NCBI RefSeq assembly: GCF_006345805.1 | Contig: NC_042997.1 | Coordinates: forward strand, 40,548,001 to 40,612,000 | DNA length: 64,000 nucleotides | Reading direction: 5' to 3' | Origin: Octopus sinensis | Lineage: Eukaryota | In this document: piece by piece, positions 1 through 13,846 of the stretch | Position numbering within the stretch: the first letter of the stretch is position 1 | Layout: every line of letters begins with the position of its first letter | The notes under the pieces: generated by a model | The model's input: only the letters and a program-made list of their open reading frames with translations | Databases searched by the model: none | What the model was told of the DNA's origin: nothing | Program-made: the position numbers and the translations under genes

Positions 1-874
1 TTCATTTGCGCGTATGAGTGTTCATAAAAGACATTCTGACTTTCATGACTCTCTCAAGGGCATTATATGCGAACTGAATGACTTCTACCAGCTCACCGAA
101 ATTAAGACTTATCTACGTCTTAAGTATGAATAATTAAAGTATGGAACCACAGTATTAGATGTAAAACAATACTGAACATGTCTGGATTCGAAGTGAGCAT
201 TAGGTGGGGTTAAAGCTAAGTTTTTTTTTATTCAATTAGACATATGTTCTGTCAAAGTAAAGCAGAAAACTTTAAAACTATCTTCTGTAAGATTTTTCAT
301 CTTCTAAGCTGATGTTCATGAACTTTGAACTAACTCAGACGAGATCTATACTTCCTACTAATACAATTTTTTTTTTTCAACAATTCTTCTCTGAAGCGCA
401 AATATCTCGTTTCATATGCATAATACATCTCTGCGCTCCGCTTTTACAATGGTAAGTTCGCCATGTTGCACTCTACATTCAACTTCTTTTATAAAAATAG
501 TGGATGCTTCAGTGTAGAATCAACAGTCTTAATCATTTACCTATCTCATGTATGGGATTCAGTAGTAAAAGCTTCCAGTTCCTCTGGCTCATATTTCTGT
601 TCGCTGTTTCTCTACACTTATTTACTGTGCGTGTCGCCCTTCGACCTCCTCGATACACTAGCGGCAATACGTTTAAGTATAACTCTCGGCATCTCTCACA
701 ACATTAAAAAGGCTACAACCCGAAATTACTGGGCTGTGGGGTGAGGAACGTTTATACGTCTGTACGACTGGAGTAAATATTCAATAATAATTCTTTCCAA
801 TTGCGCACTTGTAGTGATGGATCACATTGAATCAAAAAGAAAATGCTGAAATCGTGGTTCTTCTGACCACAGTA

Positions 875-1083
875 TCTTTCTACGCTTCTTTAGGCACAAG
901 GCCTGGACTTTTGCCGGGAGACTTTTGTCCATTATATCGACTCCGGTGCTCGATTGTTACTTATTTTATCGGCCCCAAAAGAATGAAAGGCAAAGTCGGT
1001 CTCAGCCGAATTTGAACTCAGAACGTAAAGCCAGAAGAAATGTCGCTAATCCTTTTGTCCGGCGTGCTAATGATTCTACTACC
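875..1083 (-). mobile_element. tRNA-derived SINE family B, diverged copy
   Basis: Reverse complement matches the young copy at 40099 (ctgagttcaaattcggctgagaccgactttgcctttcattcttttgggg). Confidence 0.75.
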
Positions 1084-1759
1084 TTGGGGGAGAAAAAAGA
1101 GGGGTGTGAAAATAAGGGAGAAGATAACATGCGAACCAGTTTAGTATTGGTTGAATTTACTTCCGTCAAAAGATAGGTTATATGTATATTTTACAATAAC
1201 CTCTTCCTTCCCGATAACACTAAAGGTACAATAGGTTCTACTTTTCTACTCAGATGGTCCTGAATACTTCATAAGTTTTAAATAACACTAGCGCTACACC
1301 CAATCCACTAACATCCGCTTGAAACATAAACACACAGACAAGCATACAAACATCAATTGACCCTCTACGAAATAAAGAAGAAGAAATCTTTGAAGATTGC
1401 TGCAATGTTTGATAAGCATAAATAGAAATAATCCGTTATTCAACGAACTGAACGGTGAAATAAAGCGACTATTTTATCCTTCGAATGCGTCATTGTAAAA
1501 CCGAAATGGCATCCGAAAATTATGTCAACTTCAGCAACAAATAAAACATAACACGCCCTGAATCATGTAAGTTGAAGTAAGGCATTGTTTTTTGCTTGTT
1601 TTTCAAAACCTTCCTCCGTTTTAAATTTCTGTCTGCCTGCGTGCCTGCCCACCTACCTACCTACATACCTACCTAAATACATACACACACACACACATAC
1701 ATACATACATACATGCATGCATACATACATACATACATACATACAATCATACATACATA

Positions 1760-2210
1760 CTGGTCGAATGTACCAGTGAAGACCTCAATAAACTGTAAGC
1801 ACAACAAGCCTGATATAGTGATTTGGGATGGAGAAGAGAAACTGTGCACAGTTGTAGAAATTAACATAAATTAACGTACATTTATACACACATATTAATA
1901 ATGTTTAGACATTCCCATCAAGATTTCGACCAAATGCAAATATAACAGAAAAGAAAAATTCCTTTTTAGTCATAGTGTCCGCGAGAAGTAGAGTATATCT
2001 GGTTACGAAACCTGCAACATTTCGACCCAACCTATAAATTCATACTTATACCAATAAACATTGGTGTAGTTGGTTATGTTAGTAATTATCAAAGTAACAC
2101 TCAGGAAAAGCTTTGGTTTTATACCAAAAGAGACAGTCTAACTTACACTCTTCATATACAATATGTACGTGGAATAGTAAAAATATCCAAGACATTTCTG
2201 AAGTCCAACA
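1760..2210 (+). mobile_element. Decayed RLE-type (R4/Dong-like) non-LTR retrotransposon, endonuclease/C-terminal fragment
   Basis: Manual translation gives WSNVPVKTSINCKHNKPDIVIWDGEEKLCTVVEI (PD..E restriction-like endonuclease motif), then broken ..YKFILIPINIGVVGYV..KTFLK. A related piece lies at about 4318-4440. Confidence 0.6.
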
Positions 2211-2777
2211 TTTAATACTTATCGTTGATCTAATCCAAATTCCACTGATGGAGCTCTGTTTCTTTGCTAGAATTCAGATTCTCCCTTCAGGGAAAAGTTA
2301 TGATAGATAGAAGAAAAAGGAAGACATAATAGATAACAGGAAAAGTATATGCAAAATATATATATACATACCCGACGGTTTCAACATTCGTTATTCCAGT
2401 TTTTCCGTTGACTAAACCACATACTCACTGAATTAAATCGTGTATGTGGTTGAGTATTGCACCGACATCTGTATCCTGAACATAGTCTTCAAGCAGAGTC
2501 TGAGTAACACAATGAGAGACAAGGCGGTTTTTGTCTTTTGATTTTCGGGTACAGTCCAACTGACATACTTCCTCGCGGTTTCTATCAATCCAGTTTTATT
2601 TAAAAAGCTTGGTTGATTAGACGCTATAGTAAAAGACACCTGTCCCAAATGGTACGTAATAAAATCAGACTCTGGACCTTGTTGTTTCGAAACTTACACA
2701 GATTATAATTCACCTATAATTCACATTTATAATAATACTAATAATTATATATATATATATAATATATATATATATAT

Positions 2778-3022
2778 GTAGTAATGGTAAGACAACAAAA
2801 GAATGAATGAGATCTCGATATTATGTAAATAGAGTAAGTTATCTGTAATATAATAATGACAATTATTCGGTTGCCATAATAAGACTCCGAGTTTCGGATG
2901 TCGGGGCGGAAAACTGCTCTGGCATCTCGTCAGTTATCGATGACTGACAAGATGCCGGAGCAGTTTTCCGCCCCGACATCCGAAACTCGGAGTCTTATTA
3001 TGGCAACCGAATAATCGTCACA

Positions 3023-3034
<12 letters not shown>
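2778..3034 (-). mobile_element. Short Penelope-like (pLTR-type) insert with fold-back palindrome, between (TA)n and (CA)n
   Basis: Inverted repeat 2844-3034 centred on ATCGAT (2936-2941), with an HHR motif in each arm. Confidence 0.75.
2878..2938 (-). ncRNA. Type I hammerhead ribozyme motif
   Basis: Minus strand reads gataa-CTGACGA-GATG..CATC-c-GAAACTCGGAGTC-ttatt. Stem I is ataa/ttat, stem III is ACTC-g-GAGT, cleavage triplet GUC. Confidence 0.7.
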
Positions 3035-3103
<69 letters not shown>

Positions 3104-3664
3104 ATATATATATATATATGGATGAATGAATTATCGTTTGTTTACAGTTAACACGGAAAATTCAAGAAACAGTTGAGTAGCAAAATTCACGCAAGTAACA
3201 AGGGTGTAGCGACCTATTCGAAAGTCGAAACTCCGGGTTAATGTGCAGTAATTTGTATAGTAAAAGTAAATATACTAATAGTAAATAAATAGAACGCTAT
3301 TTAGCATTTTTATTTTTAAAAAACCGTAAGTAGATCTGATGTCAAAAGCAGACAATAGGAAGAGAAGGGGTAAAGAAATAATAAGTAGAGAACAAATAAA
3401 GAGGGATATATTGGCTGAAAAAATGTTCAAAGGCTTGGAAGTAGATTTCTCTATTGAAGTAAAGTGCAAAGTGAACTAAATGTTCAAACTATACAGACTG
3501 GTATAAATCACTTATATGAGTTAAAGGTGTGTTTCTGCCAGTGCTTACATTTGTAAGATCGCTCTTTAAGTGTGTTAAAACCAATGTTGTCTTCGAAACA
3601 TATGTCGAAAGTAAAAGAATTTGAATAACAGCTGCGTTCAACTTCATTTATTTACTTAGTTATT

Positions 3665-3813
<149 letters not shown>

Positions 3814-3847
3814 TGAGAAAGTTGGTGGGTGAAAGCATAACGATGTA

Positions 3848-3885
3848 AGAAATTTGAAAAGCTGAACGCGAAACCGGTCATTTCT
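3848..3885 (+). ncRNA. Minimal type I hammerhead ribozyme with U3-A8 core variant, in a roughly 195-bp insert (3812-4006) between (TA)n tracts
   Basis: agaaat-TTGAAAA-GC tgaac GC-GAAA-CCGG-TC-atttct: perfect 6-bp stem I, palindromic ACCGGT stem III, GUC site. Confidence 0.75.
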
Positions 3886-4000
3886 GCAAAAACTATGTCA
3901 TTGTATGAAAAAAATTTATAACATTCTTCAGACATATTGACTCAAATATATATTTTTTAACCTTTTAAAACAAGCCTTCTGTAGTTTTTTCACTTTTTAC

Positions 4001-4048
<48 letters not shown>

Positions 4049-4049
4049 A

Positions 4050-4270
4050 GTTGTGTCTTTGGGCCAGGCACTTACGTCGTGTTGCTCCAGTCCACTCAGC
4101 TGGCAAAAATCCTCAAAAGGATAGTCTTGTCACAATTTGTGTCACGCTGAATTTTTTCTGAGAACCGTGTTAAGGGTACAAGTATCTATAGAGTGCTCAG
4201 CCACTTGCATAGGCTGTTCTGTTGATCAGATCAACTGGAATCCTTGTCGTCGTAACCGACGAAGTGCCAG
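4050..4270 (+). mobile_element. SINE family C, 5'-truncated
   Basis: Body and tail match the copy at 42152 (ggctgttctgttgatcagatcaactggaatccttgtcgtcgtaaccgacg). Confidence 0.75.
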
Positions 4271-4517
4271 ATTTTGAAAAATATTTATAATTAATATAAT
4301 ATTTTTAATTATACTAGTAAATGTCTAAGTAGCAATCTCCAGAAGCTGGGCTTTTCGGGCAAAGAAAGTAACCAGTTAATACTCACTTTCCCAATACACT
4401 TTGTAAGAGGAATGATGAAAAATACTCAAAGTTCAACGTGTACCGGTGTTATCTGGCTTCCAGCAGCGGACCTTATCTTCTGTGTTAGAAAGCAATTCCC
4501 TCTTGATATCTTTTGCA

Positions 4518-5290
4518 TTTACTTTTTATCTTTATTTGGTTCAACCATTTGACTGCAGCCATCCTGGGTTCCATCATGAAAATTATTGTCCTATGAATCG
4601 ACACCAGTATTTACTTTCTTAAAGCCTAATATCTATTCTATCCGTGTGTTTTGCCGAAGCGCTAAGTTACGGGGACGTAAACAAGTCGATACCGGTTATC
4701 AAACAATGGTTGGCAGCAAAAACAAGAAAAACACACACACTCACACACACATGCACACGTCATGCGCACCATACACGCACATATATACATATATACCTAG
4801 TATAGACGAGGCATATACTATAGCCTCGGTCTGACCAAAGCCTTGCGAGTGGATTTGGTAAACGGAAACTGAAAGGAGCACATCAAGTACATTTATGCAT
4901 GTGTGTGCGTGTGTGTGTGTGTATGCGTGCATGTGTGTGCATGTGTACGTGTATGTGCATATCTGTCTGTCTGTTTGTCCGTAAACTTGCATTTCGGCAA
5001 AAGAGTCCAGGCTTAAAACGAAAATAAGTACTGGGGTCGTTTAGTTCGACTGAAATTCTTGAAGTCGGTGCCCCAGCATGGCCGCAGTCTAATGATTGAA
5101 AATGATTGAAAGTAGAAGATAAAAGATACGACAGGTTTCTTTCAGAGTCCGTCTACCAAATCCACTCACAGGTCGACTTTGGTCGGCCCGGAGTTATATT
5201 AGAAGACACTTGCCCATGGAACCAGGCAGTGGGACTGAAACCGATCTATGAGACCGAAAACCAAACTGCTTACCTCACAGGCACGCCTGA
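4518..5290 (-). mobile_element. SINE family A (minus strand) interrupted by a plus-strand family A fragment (about 4815-5125)
   Basis: Head at 5126-5290 and tail at 4518-4800 are on the minus strand; the middle segment matches family A on the plus strand. Confidence 0.65.
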
Positions 5291-5791
5291 AGAATTCAGA
5301 TAATTAAAAAAGAAAGATAACGTGTAATCAGACTGGCATATGTGTACGCTGATAGAGAATCGGGTAGATATAGCAATGTGCATAAGTTCCCAGATGTAAT
5401 ACCAGATAAATATATATATATGGAACGTAACCATGCAGAGATCTAAATATACGTCAGCTCACTAGTTCTCTCAGTCTTTCTCTCTCTCCACTCTGTGTGT
5501 ATTTTGGCGTAAATACCAATAAAAATATGTACTCAATCATATAGACACTTACATGTAAATATATAAAACTAGATTGTTCACAGACATTCCTTTAGGAATG
5601 TTATTGTACAAGTGAATACATGACATATAGATACAAGTGTGTGCCTAGGTTTGTGTGTGCTGTTAAGTATGTATGTATGCATGTATGTATGTATGGATGG
5701 ATGGATGGATGGATGGATGGATGAATGGATGGATGGATGGATGGATGGATGGATGGATGTAGGTATGTATGTAGGTATGTATGTACGTATA

Positions 5792-5830
<39 letters not shown>

Positions 5831-5855
5831 TATATATATAATTTATATATATATA

Positions 5856-6200
5856 TGCGCAGAAGTGGGGTGTGTCGCAAGCAGATTACTTACCAACCGC
5901 ATGGTTCCGGGTTCAGTCTCACTGCGTGGCAAAGCCATGTGAGTGGATTTCGTAGAAAGAAACTGAAAGATGCCCGTCGTAGATATGTATGTATGTGGTT
6001 GTGTGTCTGTGGTTGTGTGTCTGTGTTTGTCCCCGCACCACCATCGCGTGACAACCGATGTTGGTGTGTTTTCGTTTCCATAACTGACCGATATAACAAG
6101 TACTAGGGTTACAAAGAATAAGTCCCGGGGTCGATTTGTTCGCCCATAGGCGGTGCTCTAGCATGGTCACAGTCAAATGACTGAAACAAATAAAAGAATA
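5856..6200 (+). mobile_element. SINE family A, internally deleted
   Basis: tRNA-like head, gtggatttcgtag core and ggcggtgctctagcatggtcacagtcaaatgactgaaac tail. Confidence 0.8.
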
Positions 6201-6207
6201 TATATAT

Positions 6208-7050
6208 AGGCGTAGGGGTGGCTGTGTGGTAAGTAGCTTGCTTACGTGTGAGAGGCATAGTGTCGGGTACCTTTGTATCTGGCCAGGTGTTGGTTAACTT
6301 TTTTAGTTACCACCTCAGTAATAAGATCAGGCTGGAGAAAAGGTACCTGTCACGAGACAGATTCATGAGAAGATGGAAGCCTGTGGCGAGGACGCTGGGA
6401 GTGTTTGGTACCAGGTAAGTGGAAGCCAAAAACAGGAAAGAAAAAGCAAGGGTCTACCTTGGTGGTCGGATGCCTATCCTTCAGAGAAGCCATTACAAAT
6501 TTCATTTGTAATGAGCAACGTTCAAAAGTTGTAAATATATTTATTAAATTATTATATTCTTAAATTGTAAATTTTTAACCGCTACAGCTACTTCACCCTT
6601 TTATGTTTGTCTGTTCTTGTTCGTCCCCTCTTTGTAATGCCCGCATGGCAAATATTTATGAAATAAAGTAGCTTGCTTACGAACCACATGGTTCCAGGTT
6701 CAGTCCCACTGCGTGACACCTTGGGCAAGTGTCTTCTACTATAGCCTTGGGCCGACCAAAGCCTTGTGAGTGGATATGGTAGACGGAAACTGAATGAAGC
6801 CCGTCATATATATGTATATATATATATATGCATGCATGTGTATATGTTTGTGTGTCTGTGTTTGTCCTCTCCCACCAACATCGCTTGACAACCGGTGCTG
6901 ATGTGTTTACATCCCCGTAACTTAGCGGTTCAGCAAAAGAAACCGATATAATAAGTACTAGGCTTACAAAGAATAAGTCCTGGGGTCGATTTGCTCGACT
7001 AAAGGCGGTGCTCCAGCATGTCCACAGTCACACGACTGACAAGTAAAGAG
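6208..7050 (+). mobile_element. SINE family A, split by an insertion in its tRNA head
   Basis: Head at 6208-6246 resumes at 6666; body and tail match the copy at 34602. Confidence 0.85.
6247..6665 (+). mobile_element. 5'-truncated Tx1/L1-like retrotransposon 3' end with 16-bp TSD
   Basis: TSD AAGTAGCTTGCTTACG at 6231-6246 and 6666-6681. Open frame 6248-6418 (..LVNFFSYHLSNKIRLEKRYLSRDRFMRRW..) resembles a Tx1 ORF2 C-terminus and is followed by an AT-rich 3' UTR. Confidence 0.65.
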
Positions 7051-9387
7051 TATGTATTCGTTCATATATATTTAAGCAAAAATACGTATGCGTTCGTATC
7101 CATATTGCTTGAATGCCTCTTTGAGGTGTTCCTATACGGCAATGTGCATTCAAATTTAGAGAAAGAGAACTCTTTTAAAAGGAACTTTATATATTCTATA
7201 GAAAAGAAAGCAGGTTATTATAGAAGTAATTACGACAGAGAAACATTAGTTGCAAGGAACTTTGTTTTACTGTAGATTGGTAAAGAAATGTAGATACGGC
7301 GGTTATGTCTCCAGAAGGTACTAAAATAGCAGCCTTTAATAATACTAACGCCCTAATTTAGACATATAGGATTAACTATACTTAGTATTTAGATATCGCT
7401 ATGCTGGATAATCGTAGCTTCCATTACAAATTCATATATAATTTAATCTTATCTACTCTCAGAATTATTTTCTGTAAAACGAAATATCCTTATATTCAAC
7501 GGCATGTTATTGATACTGTAATTTAGCTAACATCTCAAATTACGAAGATGAAATATTTTCAGCTGATGTTATATACCGGAAATATTTATCATAAGTTATG
7601 TAACTGGGATTATCTTAGTTACATGTTTAATGAATTAGCCGTGAATATGATAAACTTCAATATTTTAAATTGATTGTATACATCTACTTTATCAGTAATA
7701 TTTTTGTATTGCATATAGATGATTTATTATCAGTGACTAACTTAACGGATTATTTTGTCCTGTGACAAGTAAATTAAAGTGCAAGCCATTCCGGAATAAA
7801 TAATGTCAGTTATTAGAATCTTTTTGATTAACAGCAACTTGTAACACAACAGAAAAGCTTTGAATTTCGCTCGCAGAAAGCATTTTTTTTAAATTTAAAG
7901 CTGTATCGTGTGAAATATTACTTTTATATTTTGTTGTGTGTTTCTTATTTTTAGCTATTTCTCTACTATAACCATCCTGTATTTCAAATCGTTTCATTAT
8001 CAAAATAATGTTTGTTATTCATAAATAAGGAAATACTGTCAGCTGTTGATTAAATAAGTCTTAAACAACAATTATGCATGGAGTCAATTTTGTTTTGTTT
8101 TCCTACGCCTAAGGTTGATAGCCGAAGCCACATACACACATAAACACACTTGCTAGCTCGCATGCATACATTTATACACATAAAAATAGCAAACATTTCA
8201 ACTTGGCAATTTCTACATGTAGGAGTGTTCTCCGGTTATATATACAAAAGTGTTCATTTCTTAGATATAGTCAAAATTTCATATAAGTAAATCCCAGGAA
8301 ATTGTGAGCTGTTTAAAACGTTATTGCCATTTCACTTCCTAGGCATTTCCTATCAATTACATGTTTTGCCCTAAACATTCTTCACTCGTGTCTTCGGACA
8401 AATGGCTCACTTGTTTTCTGTGTAAAGAGACGTGTCCTGACTTTATTATTCTTTTATTCTTTGTATAGCAAAATTATAAACGCGGCTCGGTACCTTTCGC
8501 ATAAACCAATGCTAGAAGATAAAGAACACTAGCAGACTGTGGAAAGTAGTATAGAATTAAAAATCAAGTGAAAACTTGAGACTGAAACTAACTTGTATAT
8601 AGAAATTAATTTTAGAATGACAGTAATAGACAATTTTCAGAAAACATTTATCGTTAATTAAAAACTCAATCGGGAATGTGTCATTTCAACATTAATCTCG
8701 CACGTTTGTTAATAACTTCATTATGTAGAACGCTATGCGAGAGATTGATTTAGTGCCGAAGTGAAGTCTATAAGAGCAGTCATGACATAAGGTTATTAAG
8801 TTAGATTGTCAGAATACGAAGAGTTTTCTCATCATAATTACTGAATTAAGACATACAAGTGGTAGACAGAGTGGAATACCAATAGATACTAATATATGCA
8901 GTCACCTAATCTACTACAAATAACAGCCAAATCTTTGAATTACATCTTGCTGCCCCTTATTGCAAAAGAAAGAACAGAGTTAGCAATGTATTTTCTGATA
9001 TAAAAAAAAGAGGTGGTTTGGTTGGGATGCTCAGTGACCGCACATCATCAACAAAACTCTATATTGCATCAGAATGGCTGGATGTTCTCCCCCAAGTCAG
9101 AGATTATTTCATCACCCAACAACTATAGACTCTCTACAGTTCATATTAGACGCACAGTAGAGTACTGCTGTACTACATCCACACCTAGGATAGTAATGGT
9201 GTTACACAAACCGACATCCTGGATCACATCCAAAGAAAGACTTATCAGCCGATTGATATGAAATTGTCACCATTCTAGGTTAAACTCCGGTCCACGGTCG
9301 TGCTGTTTTTTCTCTACCATCCAGTTATATAGAGTGTCTCGCATTAATCTTTCTTTGAATGTTGTCCTTCTGGAAATACTCTCTCTC

Positions 9388-9419
<32 letters not shown>

Positions 9420-9599
9420 CACCTCTCTCTCACTCTTTCTCTCTCTCTATCCAAATATATTTCCTGCAACTGTAGTCTTGCGAATGCCAACTACGCCATC
9501 TTACCAATCTCTGAGAACCTGCAAGGCTGAAGGCCAAGAAAATAAAAGGAATTAAAACAAAATTAAAACGCAGATTTTGTAACCAAGACACGTATTATT

Positions 9600-10200
9600 C
9601 AGTCCATCGAGTTGTAAATATATGCCCTATGTTGCCAGGGCCATTACTGTAAGTGGCAAGATCCTTGGATACTTCCCATTAGCATGCAGGGCATAGTTCA
9701 AATCTTCCTATTTACTCCTCTGGGTCATGCTTGAAATATTCACATAGCGACTTCAAAATCTACTATCTGTGACCCGAAGTTATTTCCTGATTCCCATGAA
9801 TAGTTCCATGGCTGGCTGAATCAAAGTTCTACTTCAATTTACTATCAACTCTTAACTCTTTCCTAATAAACAAATTTTCTTCGTGTATCAACTATGTCCA
9901 TCGTTCTCAATGGGATATAAAATATCCCTTGAATTCACCCTCGGGACAATCTATTTACATGGACCGTTAGAGGGAATGGATCTTCTATACGACCCTTGGG
10001 TTGATAAAAACGTACGGATTAATTCTATTTTATCTCGATATATTTCATTTTCATTTATTGATAATAAGATTCCATGGAGCTCAAAACGACGCAAATGTAT
10101 TAAAATTTCAGCTAAACTGATTTATAGCAGCAGTAAAATTTCCATTTTCGTCCGTAGATCAAGTATTCTATATTGGAAAATCATCATCTCATATTTATAA
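9600..10200 (-). mobile_element. Possible highly decayed LTR-retrotransposon RT relic
   Basis: Minus translation ..HLRRFELHGILLSINENEIYRDKIE.. weakly resembles a gypsy-type RT C-terminal region; many stops. Confidence 0.25.
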
Positions 10201-11084
10201 ACTGGAATGAATAAAGAACAAAGGGAATAACTAAATGAAATTAGATGAATCTAGATAGCCATGAAAACGTTATATTTCCTAAGGGAGCATTCGAAACTTC
10301 TGATTACTTCTATTATTCCATAACAGAATCCAGATGAATAATCGATCAAACTAATTATAGAATTGTTATTTACGGATAATCTGAGAAATCATAGGGAATT
10401 AATAGATTCCTATATGGTTTTATGAAATTTAATGAATAAGTAAAATAAAGAGCGTAATTGCAGTGAATCATGAGAAAGTAGCCACTGAGATTTAGAATGA
10501 ACATCAAGCAGGATCATGAAATAAATATGTAAACTATAATTGTAAAATTGTAACAAATAAGAGGACTTGATAGAATCGCATTCGAAATCATTGAAAAGAA
10601 ATCTTAGCTCAGTGGCAATCCAGCGCTGGATTATCATAAGATATATTTAAAGCTACATTTATGGCATACATATTATGCTTATATTTGAGAATCGATAGTG
10701 GCTTTTATAAAGTTGATGCTATTCCCTTTTGCGTCTTGAATCTTGAATATGCGCAAAACTAATTCTTAGTGTGTGCGTGATGAAAAATGTTTATGTGTAT
10801 GTCTCAGTGTGTAAAAAGAGTAAATGATGAGAGTTCGGTTCATTTCAGTAATATTCTTCGTAAATGTGAATCGTATTTGCAAATAAGATGTGTCATTTGT
10901 GTGTGCAAAATAAATGTAGACTGAACGAGGCAACTGCTTTGTAATCATAATTTTCTCTGAGATTCCAACTACTCTACAACACAAGTATACAGAAATAAAT
11001 GGAAACCTATGTTACATGTGTGCATGTGTTTGCATTCATGTGTATATAAATCTTCATGTGCATGTCTACGCGAGTGTGTGTGTG

Positions 11085-11332
11085 TGTATGTGTGTGTGTG
11101 TGTGTGTGAAATTGCATAGTTTATTGGTTAGGATGTTACGCTATTGATTGCGAGATCGGGGTTTCGATTCCCAGACCGGGCATAGCGAAACACTTCATTT
11201 CACGTTACTCTGCTATCAATTCCTCATCTAACATGATGACATGCCGTGCATCTGTAAAGGTAATGTCGACTTCATGGAAGGAATAAGCATATGCGTACAC
11301 AAACATTTGATCACTATATGGAAATCACCTCC

Positions 11333-11378
<46 letters not shown>

Positions 11379-11961
11379 CACATGGTTCCGGGTTCAGTCC
11401 CACTGCGTGGCACCTCGAGCAAGTGTCTTCTACTATAGCCTCGGGCCGACCAAAGCCTTGTGAGTGGATTTGGTAGACGGAAACTGAAAGAAGCCCGTCG
11501 TATATATGTCTATATATATATGCGTGTGTGTATTTGTGTATGTATTTGTCCTCCTAGCATTGCTTGACAACCGATGCTGGTGTGTTTATGTTCCTGCTAC
11601 TTAGCGGTTCGGCAAAAGAGACCGATAGAATAAGTACTGGGCTTACAAAAGAAGAAGTCCCGGGGTCGAGTTGCTCGACTAAAGGCAGTGCTCCAGCATG
11701 GCCGCAGTCAAATGACTGAAAAAAGTAAAGAATAAAAGAAAAAGAATGTATATATATGGAAACTTTATTATTTCTAAATCTCTCAGTGAGAGACATACAG
11801 TAACGGTACTTAAAGTAAAGATTATTTGCCAACATAATGTAGCATTCCCGGATGAGATAAATGTTACTATTGTTTTAAAAACATAGAAACCGGGAAACAT
11901 CGTCTCCAGCTGCCTATACAACATACATCAATGTATATTCTCTCTCTCTCTCTGTATATAC

Positions 11962-12008
<47 letters not shown>

Positions 12009-12245
12009 GTGTGTGTGTGTGAAATTGCATAGTTTATTGGTTAGGATGTTACGCTATTGATTGCGAGATCGGGGTTTCGATTCCCAGACCGGGCATAGCG
12101 AAACACTTCATTTCACGTTACTCTGCTATCAATTCCTCATCTAACATGATGACATGCCGTGCATCTGTAAAGGTAATGTCGACTTCATGGAAGGAATAAG
12201 CATATGCGTACACAAACATTTGATCACTATATGGAAATCACCTCC

Positions 12246-12300
<55 letters not shown>

Positions 12301-12879
12301 ACATGGTTCCGGGTTCAGTCCCACTGCGTGGCACCTCGAGCAAGTGTCTTCTACTATAGCCTCGGGCCGACCAAGCCTTGTGAGTGGATTTGGTAGACGG
12401 AAACTGAAAGAAGCCCGTCGTATATATGTCTATATATATGCGTGGTGTGTATTTGTGTATGTATTTGTCCTCCTAGCATTGCTTGACAACCGATGCTGGT
12501 GTGTTTATGTTCCTGCTACTTAGCGGTTCGGCAAAAGAGACCGATAGAATAAGTACTGGGCTTACAAAAGAAGAAGTCCCGGGGTCGAGTTGCTCGACTA
12601 AAGGCAGTGCTCCAGCATGGCCGCAGTCAAATGACTGAAAAAAGTAAAAGAATAAAAGAAAAAGAATGTATATATATGGAAACTTTATTATTTCTAAATC
12701 TCTCAGTGAGAGACATACAGTAACGGTACTTTAAAGTAAAGATTATTTGCCAACATAATGTAGCATTCCCGGATGAGATAAATGTTACTATTGTTTTAAC
12801 CCCAGGAAACATCGTCTCCAGCTGCCTATACAACATACATCAATGTATATTCTCTCTCTCTCTCTCTCTCTGTATATAC

Positions 12880-12900
<21 letters not shown>
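11085..12900. repeat. Tandem duplication, unit about 913 bp, containing a SINE C head and a SINE A (11375-11745; 12298-12665)
   Basis: gaaattgcatag at 11108 and 12021; near-identical units bounded by (TG)n. Confidence 0.9.
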
Positions 12901-12925
<25 letters not shown>

Positions 12926-12992
12926 GTGTGAGTGTGTGTATATATATACATATATGTATATATAAAAGACAAAATATGTATGTATATATAAG

Positions 12993-13033
<41 letters not shown>

Positions 13034-13059
13034 TATATATTATATATATATATATACAT

Positions 13060-13090
<31 letters not shown>

Positions 13091-13312
13091 CATATGTATA
13101 TATATATTTAGCGATGCTTACAGGAAAATGGAACCAAAGCATGTGTGTGTATATAAACTTTTATTCATAAGTAGAGGTTATAGAGTGACGCAAGGGATTG
13201 ACACACATGTGTGCGTATATGCATATATACATATACATATACATACATATACATATACATACATATATATACATATATATATACATGTATATATAATATA
13301 TATATATATATC

Positions 13313-13365
<53 letters not shown>

Positions 13366-13642
13366 CTGAAATTTTGTTGTGGTGTTCTGGTATTTCTTTA
13401 GTGAATAAATTACACTACGTGAGTATTAGATTATTATGGTTCCATGTATTATTCAATATATGTTTGTATAAATCCATCATTGGTTCTTGCTGCATATTAC
13501 AAGATAAGTAAATATTATGCTTTGTATAGACACTGCACATTACATGGAGACATGTATATGATGTATAGTGTGTGTGTACAAACATACTCGAGCGGACACA
13601 CACTCACACACACACGGACACGGACACGGACACGCACACACG

Positions 13643-13703
<61 letters not shown>

Positions 13704-13797
13704 TGCATAAACACATAAATATATACCTTTATCTCTATGTGTAAACATATATATATGTGTGTGTGTGTATATATATATATATTATATATATATATAT

Positions 13798-13846
<49 letters not shown>

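Noticed and set aside
1-700. Possible decayed L2/CR1 3' end
   Set aside because: Only faint motif similarity (LKYGTTV); too degraded to support.
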